Shown here in pieces: positions 59,021 through 64,000 of a DNA stretch of 64,000 nucleotides (its first letter is position 1; the number at the start of each line of letters is the position of its first letter). Below the pieces are notes generated by a model. That model did not search any database and had not been told where the DNA came from. It saw only the letters and a program-made list of their open reading frames with translations. Location: the IMG/VR virus record IMGVR_UViG_3300031555_005516. One strand, 5' to 3'. Both the position numbers and the translations under genes were made by a program. The DNA is from a virus.

Positions 59021-59049
59021 GACTTTAAGAAAAAATAATGTTATAATAA
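59021..59049 (+). promoter_or_regulatory. Divergent rightward promoter for early ORF 59071
   Basis: 'TTGACTttaagaaaaaataatgtTATAAT', then RBS 'aaaaggagatttaaaaATG'. Confidence 0.55.
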
Positions 59050-59070
59050 AAATAAAAAGGAGATTTAAAA

Positions 59071-59382
59071 ATGTATAGTATTTGGAAATATAATGTTGAG
59101 CCTAATATTATTAATCAGGAATATTATTTGCCAGAGGGCGCGCAGATTGTTAGCTTTGGATTGGATCCTGCAGATAATATGTGTTTTTGGGCAAGAGTAA
59201 ACACTAATGCGCCAAAGGTCGCGCGCATGGTTGCTTGTGTAGGAACAGGGTGGCCGCTTGATAACGTGTATAGTAAAAGCAATGGGCGCCAAGTGGAGTT
59301 TATAGGAAGTTTAACACATGGGCCTTATGTTTGGCATCTATTTGATTTGGGAGAGTGCGTAAACGATCGAATTGGCGGTTAA
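59071..59382 (+). CDS. Early hypothetical protein (103 aa)
   Basis: Intact ORF with RBS, followed by a terminator at 59426-59451. Confidence 0.45.
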   Translation: MYSIWKYNVEPNIINQEYYLPEGAQIVSFGLDPADNMCFWARVNTNAPKVARMVACVGTGWPLDNVYSKSNGRQVEFIGSLTHGPYVWHLFDLGECVNDRIGG

Positions 59383-59425
59383 TATACGCATGGGTAAAAA
59401 ATAGAGTGAATATGAGAAAAGAGAA

Positions 59426-59451
59426 AGAGGGATTTAAAATCCCTCTTTTTT
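59426..59451 (+). terminator. Rho-independent terminator
   Basis: 'agaggg-atttaaaat-ccctct' plus a T-run. Confidence 0.6.
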
Positions 59452-59665
59452 GATGAAATGGGGATGATTTTCGTTTTTTAGAATAAAAAGAATTTTCTAG
59501 GAGAGAGTTTTCGTGAGCAAAGGGGTATTGGCAATTTCTGGAAAATTTATCCTGAAAGCCTCCCATTTTTTACCATTTCCAAATGTTACCAATATCTCTG
59601 TGTAGTCTTGGCAAAACGCACAAAAAAATACCTAAAAAAATTTTAAACTTTGTGCATTTTACCTC

Positions 59666-59693
59666 TTGCAATTATTTTTAAAAGTGGTATAAT
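59666..59693 (+). promoter_or_regulatory. Early promoter
   Basis: 'TTGCAAttatttttaaaagtgGTATAAT' (extended -10). Confidence 0.5.
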
Positions 59694-59751
59694 ATTTACA
59701 GAGCTTGAGAGAGTCAAGCAAAAAACAAAAAAAGAAAAGAGAGGTAAAAAA

Positions 59752-59901
59752 ATGATGAACACAAACAACAATCTTTTAACTTTCAGAATTGCAAACAAGT
59801 ACAATGGAACAGTAAAACACATTAAAGGTATTAATGTATGGGAAGCAATGAAAAACAATGGTTGCGACTGTAAAGAATGGATATTGGTTGCAATAAATTA
59901 A
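59752..59901 (+). CDS. Early small hypothetical protein (~49 aa)
   Basis: RBS 'agaggtaaaaaaATGATG'. Lies inside track ORF 59650..59901. Confidence 0.35.
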   Translation: MMNTNNNLLTFRIANKYNGTVKHIKGINVWEAMKNNGCDCKEWILVAIN

Positions 59902-59961
59902 CAATATCTAAAAATGGTCACTTTAACAAAAAAAAGAAAAAATAAAAAGGGGATAAAAAAA

Positions 59962-60216
59962 ATGGCTAACACAATATGCTACAAACTTAAAAAGCCCGTC
60001 GTTTATAACAAAGGCACAAGCTGGGAACAAGAACACTATACTTTTTTAGCTTGTTACGGTTCTGATAATATAGAAAACCATAACGCAAGACTCCACAAGC
60101 TAAACACCGACGAACAAGCAAGAAAAGAGTTTTGTGAGTATTACAGAATTGACGTCAATAATGTTGAATACTTTTTTAATAATGTTCAAGATGAGTTTGA
60201 TACAAGGGGGGATTAA
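59962..60216 (+). CDS. Early small hypothetical protein (~84 aa)
   Basis: RBS 'aaaaggggataaaaaaaATG'. Lies inside track ORF 59914..60216. Confidence 0.4.
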   Translation: MANTICYKLKKPVVYNKGTSWEQEHYTFLACYGSDNIENHNARLHKLNTDEQARKEFCEYYRIDVNNVEYFFNNVQDEFDTRGD

Positions 60217-60219
60217 ATA

Positions 60220-60402
60220 ATGGTAGTTATTGACAGATACATAGACAATAAAAGAGAGCTTGAGTTTGAGATAGCGTTGCAAGAGTTAGAAAACGAATTA
60301 AAGCCACATATTCCAACAGATGAGGAGCTTGATGAAATGGCGCTATACTTTGAATATAAAGCGAATATCGGTAACACTCAAAAGTTAATAGGGGCGCAAT
60401 AA
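60220..60402 (+). CDS. Early small hypothetical protein (60 aa)
   Basis: ATG 3 nt after the preceding stop ('ggattaaataATG'). A terminator follows at 60391-60409. Confidence 0.4.
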   Translation: MVVIDRYIDNKRELEFEIALQELENELKPHIPTDEELDEMALYFEYKANIGNTQKLIGAQ

Positions 60403-60433
60403 GCGCCCCGCTATATAAAAGGGGGATTTAAAA

Positions 60434-60739
60434 ATGAAAAAAACAGTAAAAATCTTTAACAATGAATATTTTTGCACTTATAACACAACAGCAGTTTTAG
60501 TATCTGAAAAATATGCGTATGGTATTTCTTATGATAATACCTTAACTGTTTACTCATATAAAAATACGTTGCTTGACCTCTTAACAAGCAATGAATATCT
60601 TACCGAGCTTATGAATGAACACGGCTATGAAATAACAAAAGACTGGAATAGGGGAGACATTATAATAATTAAAATATATATGCACTCATTCGACAAACCT
60701 GTGGAATTAAGTGTTGACGCATTTACAAATACATTTTAA
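60434..60739 (+). CDS. Early hypothetical protein (101 aa)
   Basis: RBS 'aaagggggatttaaaaATG'. Confidence 0.45.
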   Translation: MKKTVKIFNNEYFCTYNTTAVLVSEKYAYGISYDNTLTVYSYKNTLLDLLTSNEYLTELMNEHGYEITKDWNRGDIIIIKIYMHSFDKPVELSVDAFTNTF

Positions 60740-60853
60740 AAGAAGGGAGTATATAACAATGTTAGGTGAAATGTTGGGTTTTATATTGGTTATAGGCATT
60801 GCAAGTATTCCGACAATAGTAATATCCATATATCAAGAATACAAATATCATAA

Positions 60854-60871
60854 GGGGCTCAAATGAGCCCC
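60854..60871 (+). terminator. Hairpin (terminator/attenuator) overlapping the start of ORF 60863
   Basis: 'ggggctc-aaat-gagcccc'. Confidence 0.35.
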
Positions 60872-61108
60872 TACTCAAGAGGTAGGATTATGTTATATGC
60901 AAGAATAATATTATTAAGCGATAAGGGGCGCCAACCCCTTACCCGCAGAGTAGAGATACAAAGCATAGAGGATTATATTGCAAATAAGAAGTATTATCAA
61001 GAGCGCGCCATACTGTCATTATGCAAGAGTAGGGCGCTAACCCCTCGACACTTAGAGCAATACGGTTATACAAAGGTAACAGTTAAATTTGAGTATAAGG
61101 AGAATTAA
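60863..61108 (+). CDS. Early hypothetical protein (81 aa)
   Basis: Intact ORF, Arg/Lys-rich. Confidence 0.35.
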   Translation: MSPYSRGRIMLYARIILLSDKGRQPLTRRVEIQSIEDYIANKKYYQERAILSLCKSRALTPRHLEQYGYTKVTVKFEYKEN

Positions 61109-61112
61109 ACAA

Positions 61113-61409
61113 ATGAAAAGAATACATATCGAAAATGAGTTTACACAGTGGGCAGAATACCTTGCAAGATACTTTGGTGACGTCCTCGCCATATACGATA
61201 AAGAAGGGCGCAGAATGTGGGGAGACAGCGACAGTGAGCCATATATTGAGGTTAATAAATATCTGCCCCCAAGTGTATATCCTATCTATAAGGATATTGG
61301 GGAAGTGATAGCCTACTATGATATTATAGGGTTGACCGCCAAAGAGGTTGAGATACTTAAAACTATTATACCATTCATAGAGTCACAGCTTGATGACGAG
61401 GGCGCCTGA
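61113..61409 (+). CDS. Early hypothetical protein (~98 aa)
   Basis: RBS 'taaggagaattaaacaaATG'. Internal start of track ORF 61089..61409. A terminator hairpin 'gagggcgcctgagtgcgccctt' follows at about 61399-61420. Confidence 0.45.
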   Translation: MKRIHIENEFTQWAEYLARYFGDVLAIYDKEGRRMWGDSDSEPYIEVNKYLPPSVYPIYKDIGEVIAYYDIIGLTAKEVEILKTIIPFIESQLDDEGA

Positions 61410-61437
61410 GTGCGCCCTTATCCGCTTAATATTGACT

Positions 61438-61510
61438 GCGCGGCGCGTCATCCCCCGCGACGCGCCGCTAAAGCAATTTGTGAACGATTTGTAAATTATT
61501 TGTTTCCAAA
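61438..61510 (+). repeat. Conserved early-region intergenic element, copy 1 (GC hairpin with ATCCCCC loop plus GCAATTTGTGAACGATTTGTAAA box)
   Basis: 'gcggcgcgtc-atccccc-gcgacgcgccgc' then 'taaagcaatttgtgaacgatttgtaaattatttgtttccaaattgtaaat'. Homologous copies are at 62026-62100, 62763-62880 and 63567-63650. Confidence 0.5.
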
Positions 61511-61592
61511 TTGTAAATATTTTATGAACAAAACTTATCCCAATATTCATATACTGTTTACAAAAAATTCATAAAGAAATTTATAAAACCTA

Positions 61593-61621
61593 TTGACATT
61601 TAGTATCCATTGTGGTATAAT
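61593..61621 (+). promoter_or_regulatory. Strong consensus promoter driving the GC-rich non-coding transcript
   Basis: 'TTGACAtttagtatccattgtgGTATAAT': perfect -35, 17-nt spacer, extended -10 TGnTATAAT. Confidence 0.65.
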
Positions 61622-61627
61622 ATAAGT

Positions 61628-62020
61628 GTCAAAGGGAGAGCGGAGCGACAGACCTCGACAATCGCACCCAATCCACACGAGAGTAACGGCTGACCGCCCC
61701 TTGACCGACAGTTGGGATAGTCGATAACACCGTCCAGCTTGGCAACTGCAAAGTAGCCGCCCCCTATTGGTAGCGAAGGGGCGAACAACGACTACCCTAC
61801 CCCACTCCGAGGGCTTGTGTTCAATATCGGAGCGGAGCGTGGCTCTCCATAAACCACGACCAATAACCCGAGCCTACGGCATATAGTCGGGAGCGTTTTG
61901 GTAGGTAGCGTATAACCACCCTCATTCGAGCATATGACCAACCTCTTGCAGATGGCTTACCTCCTGTCCTCCTGCAAGAGGTAGACTATAAAGCGCCTTG
62001 CAGCATCAAGGCGCTTTTCC
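61628..62020 (+). ncRNA. Candidate structured non-coding RNA (~390 nt, class unidentified)
   Basis: Sharp GC jump (about 55% against 30% background). All three + frames are closed within 40 codons and there is no RBS. Long-range complementarity 'gggagagc' (61633-61640) with 'gctctcc' (61842-61848); local hairpins 'cgcccc...ggggcg' and 'cctcttgcag...ctgcaagagg'. Ends in terminator 'gcgccttg-cagcatc-aaggcgc' plus T-run (61993-62020). Confidence 0.5.
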
Positions 62021-62025
62021 TTTCG

Positions 62026-62100
62026 CCGTCGCGCCGGCGGTCGTGGCGCGACGTTTTACGCGATTTGTATAGGTTACACAAATATTTGATTGAAAGTTTG
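62026..62100 (+). repeat. Conserved early-region intergenic element, copy 2
   Basis: 'cgccgtcgcgcc-ggcggtcgt-ggcgcgacg' hairpin, then 'ttttacgcgatttgtataggttacacaaatatttgattgaaagtttgtgc'. Confidence 0.45.
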
Positions 62101-62112
62101 TGCATTCTGCCT

Positions 62113-62141
62113 ATTGACTTCTATCCCGATATGTGATATAA
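62113..62141 (+). promoter_or_regulatory. Early promoter
   Basis: 'TTGACTtctatcccgatatgtgaTATAAT' (extended -10 'tgtgatataat'). Confidence 0.55.
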
Positions 62142-62248
62142 TAATGGTACAGTAAGAGAGAGGAGATAAGGGTTGAAAAAGCACCCTCGCAATATGCACT
62201 CCTACCTTGCAAGGCTCTTTTACTGAATACATAATCAAGAGGTACACT

Positions 62249-62524
62249 ATGGACTACACCAAACTTACTCTTCATAACTGTCAGAACTTGGCGGTTCAGG
62301 AATTCGGCTTTGAGGATATTCACACTATCGCAATCGCGCAACTTGTTGACCTTGTTGCAGACGATATGCTCGACAAAGAGCGCGCAACCGCTATGGCGCA
62401 AATCATCTATGACCACGGCGCCAATAGCCTCATCTATAATGATGCGTGGGACGATGATTTCGTCGATGAAGCTGATGAGAGCGGCTTTGACCCCTATATG
62501 GGTTGCTACACGGGGGATTGCTAA
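62249..62524 (+). CDS. Early hypothetical protein (~91 aa)
   Basis: RBS 'aagaggtacactATG' inside track ORF 62207..62524. Acidic C-terminus. Confidence 0.4.
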   Translation: MDYTKLTLHNCQNLAVQEFGFEDIHTIAIAQLVDLVADDMLDKERATAMAQIIYDHGANSLIYNDAWDDDFVDEADESGFDPYMGCYTGDC

Positions 62525-62553
62525 GGCAATCCCCATAAGGAAAGGAGATACAT

Positions 62554-62730
62554 ATGACAGTAAGAGAACTTATAAAGAAACTTGAAGAAATGCCTCAAGA
62601 CGCACCTATTATGCTTGAGGTTATGAGTGGCTATGTCGGATATGTAGAGGTCAAGACTTCAACAGACAATCCTGACGTTGAAATATACGAAACATCAGAT
62701 GATGTAGTTTGTATTCAAGCGATAAACTAA
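62554..62730 (+). CDS. Early small hypothetical protein (58 aa)
   Basis: RBS 'aaaggagatacatATG'. Below the 60-aa cut-off of the ORF track. A terminator follows. Confidence 0.4.
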   Translation: MTVRELIKKLEEMPQDAPIMLEVMSGYVGYVEVKTSTDNPDVEIYETSDDVVCIQAIN

Positions 62731-62733
62731 TAT

Positions 62734-62759
62734 AGAGGGCTTTGCGCCCTCTTCTTTTC
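62734..62759 (+). terminator. Rho-independent terminator
   Basis: 'agagggc-tttgc-gccctct' plus T-run. Confidence 0.6.
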
Positions 62760-62762
62760 TTT

Positions 62763-62880
62763 GCCGGCTCGCACACAATCGCGCGCGAGCCGCTTTGCGC
62801 AATTGTGAACAGTTTGTAAACTTTTTTACACAAAATTATGAACCATTCATTTCAAATTTGTTACCCGTAAAGGCAATAGT
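62763..62880 (+). repeat. Conserved early-region intergenic element, copy 3
   Basis: 'cggctcgc-acacaatcgcgc-gcgagccg' then 'ctttgcgcaattgtgaacagtttgtaaac...ttatgaaccattcatttcaaatttgtt'. A further 'ttatgaaccttttgtaaacttgttcg' copy at 62896-62925. Confidence 0.45.
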
Positions 62881-62953
62881 TTAACACCTACTATTAAATT
62901 ATGAACCTTTTGTAAACTTGTTCGATATTTCAAAAAAACTTTTGCAAAAACAC

Positions 62954-62982
62954 TTGACAAATAGATTTATTTATGATATAAT
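62954..62982 (+). promoter_or_regulatory. Early promoter
   Basis: 'TTGACAaatagatttatttatgaTATAAT'. Confidence 0.55.
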
Positions 62983-63125
62983 ATGTATGTAATCAAGAGC
63001 AAGGCTCGGAAACGATGAACGAAAACTCGGAGAACGCACGGTTGAGATACCCGAAACCATTGAGTAGTTTAGAGCAGACAGACAACTTGCTCTTGATACA
63101 AATACATAAAAGAGAGGTAAAAACA

Positions 63126-63368
63126 ATGTTAGACACAAACAAAGCAATATGGGATATCACAGAGGTTGGCGAGTGGCTTGATAGCAACTTTGTAGACGAA
63201 GAAAGCGGAGAAGTCTTCTTTGTAGAACTCAAGAAAGAAGACGGAGAAGAAATGGAAGACTTTATAGCAAAATGTCAAGAGATTGCTGATGACAACTTTG
63301 ACAATGCAATATTTCTTGGTCTTGTAGACGGAGAAACCGCTGAGATACTTGGCTATGACACTTATTGA
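63126..63368 (+). CDS. Early small acidic hypothetical protein (~80 aa)
   Basis: RBS 'agagaggtaaaaacaATG' inside track ORF 63015..63368. Terminator 'gagagggcgcaaagccctctctc' at 63367-63389. Confidence 0.4.
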   Translation: MLDTNKAIWDITEVGEWLDSNFVDEESGEVFFVELKKEDGEEMEDFIAKCQEIADDNFDNAIFLGLVDGETAEILGYDTY

Positions 63369-63414
63369 GAGGGCGCAAAGCCCTCTCTCATAAAAAATAT
63401 AAGGAGAAGAAAAA

Positions 63415-63546
63415 ATGAAAGTCTATGTAGTATGTGAAGATTATACTTGCGCTTTTGAGGATTTGTTTACCAATAAAAAAGAGGCGGAAAAAAGAGCCAA
63501 AGAGATTGGCGGTTATGTAATTCCATATGACTTAAAGGACTGCTAA
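63415..63546 (+). CDS. Early small hypothetical protein (43 aa)
   Basis: RBS 'aaggagaagaaaaaATG'. Encodes 'MKVYVVCEDYTCAFEDLFTNKKEAEKRAKEIGGYVIPYDLKDC'. Confidence 0.35.
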   Translation: MKVYVVCEDYTCAFEDLFTNKKEAEKRAKEIGGYVIPYDLKDC

Positions 63547-63566
63547 CACAGCAGTCTTTTTTCACT

Positions 63567-63650
63567 CGCCGTGCCGCAATCCCCCGCCGCGGCACGTTTT
63601 ATGCAATCTGCACAAATCATCGTCTTTTTTTCTTCAAAACTTTGTTACAT
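63567..63650 (+). repeat. Conserved early-region intergenic element, copy 4
   Basis: 'cgtgccgc-aatccccc-gccgcggcacg' then 'ttttatgcaatctgcacaaatcatcg...'. Confidence 0.45.
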
Positions 63651-63657
63651 TTGACTA

Positions 63658-63686
63658 TTGACAAAATCCCGCATTTGTGATATAAT
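63658..63686 (+). promoter_or_regulatory. Early promoter
   Basis: 'TTGACAaaatcccgcatttgtgaTATAAT'. Confidence 0.55.
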
Positions 63687-63720
63687 ATAAGTGTAATAAA
63701 GGAAAGGGGTAATACATACT

Positions 63721-64000
63721 ATGATTAACATTCGTTCAATTCTCAAGCTGAAGGATAATGACGGTTTAACACTCAAGAAGGGCGCGCCTATCATATATAA
63801 GACAGGTTATCAAGTCGCAACAGAGGGTATAGAATGTCGCACAGCAAGAGAAGCAATCAATGCTGTTAAGGCATATGGCGGTAACTGCGGTGTATGGTTT
63901 AGCAATGGCATATACTACATTGATAAATCACATCGTGAGAGCACTCTCAAAAAGGCGCTTGAGGTTGGGCGCGCTTGTGAGCAAATCTCCATACTGAGAT
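63721..64000 (+). CDS. Early hypothetical protein (partial, continues beyond the window)
   Basis: RBS 'aaaggaaaggggtaatacatactATG'. Open to the window end. Confidence 0.35.
   Translation, partial: MINIRSILKLKDNDGLTLKKGAPIIYKTGYQVATEGIECRTAREAINAVKAYGGNCGVWFSNGIYYIDKSHRESTLKKALEVGRACEQISILR

Noticed and set aside
61600-61788. 62-aa minus-strand ORF inside the GC-rich region
   Set aside because: It has no RBS and lies antisense to a promoter-driven transcript. GC-rich DNA produces chance ORFs in a TAA-poor frame, and the peptide is low-complexity. The region is treated as ncRNA.
61628-62020. tmRNA, RNase P RNA, or a tRNA embedded in the GC-rich transcript
   Set aside because: No GGGG...CCA acceptor or tag-peptide reading frame, no P4 'AGGAAAGUCC'-type motifs, and no CUA anticodon loop with proper context. 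Class left unassigned.
1-64000. CRISPR arrays, rRNA genes, integrase/attachment sites, transposases
   Set aside because: No regularly spaced direct repeats, no rRNA-like conserved stretches, and no recombinase motifs (tyrosine/serine integrase, DDE) were seen in any recognisable ORF in this window.

Overview
This 64 kb window is AT-rich (about 30% GC) DNA from a tailed phage or prophage, most likely of a low-GC Gram-positive host (consensus Shine-Dalgarno sites, sigma-A-type extended -10 promoters, BspA-like LRR and HylP-like fibre domains). The left end (1-6437, + strand) is an early nucleotide-metabolism module: dNMP kinase-like, NrdH-like redoxin, class III RNR NrdD interrupted by a LAGLIDADG intein, NrdG, an FTR-like Cys protein, small unknowns and dUTPase. 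The right end (58.96-64 kb, + strand) is a run of monocistronic early units, each with a strong TTGACA/TGnTATAAT promoter, one small ORF and a terminator, plus a ~390-nt GC-rich non-coding transcript. The ~52 kb between them (7048-58956, - strand) is one long morphogenesis region: putative regulator, TerS-like, TerL, DUF559-like nuclease, portal, protease/scaffold, MCP, connector genes, major tail protein, chaperones, a ~3170-aa tape measure protein, a ~1650-aa host-interaction protein, at least seven tail-fibre genes, a GT2 glycosyltransferase, membrane and small-peptide genes, and a terminal cluster of low-complexity/Cys-rich proteins. The key observation is that nearly all of these late genes, and a + strand RuvC-like resolvase at 6520-7029, are interrupted only by in-frame TAG codons. 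TAA and TGA never interrupt them, frames are preserved across up to 9.5 kb, and the genes end in TAA/TGA. This is the signature of amber (TAG) reassignment to a sense codon, probably Gln. The early genes, and a 6.4 kb fibre/glycosyltransferase island inside the late operon, are TAG-free. No suppressor tRNA, CRISPR array or rRNA was found in the window. Coordinates I derived myself (merged recoded genes, promoters, terminators) are approximate to within a couple of nucleotides; coordinates taken from the ORF track are exact.
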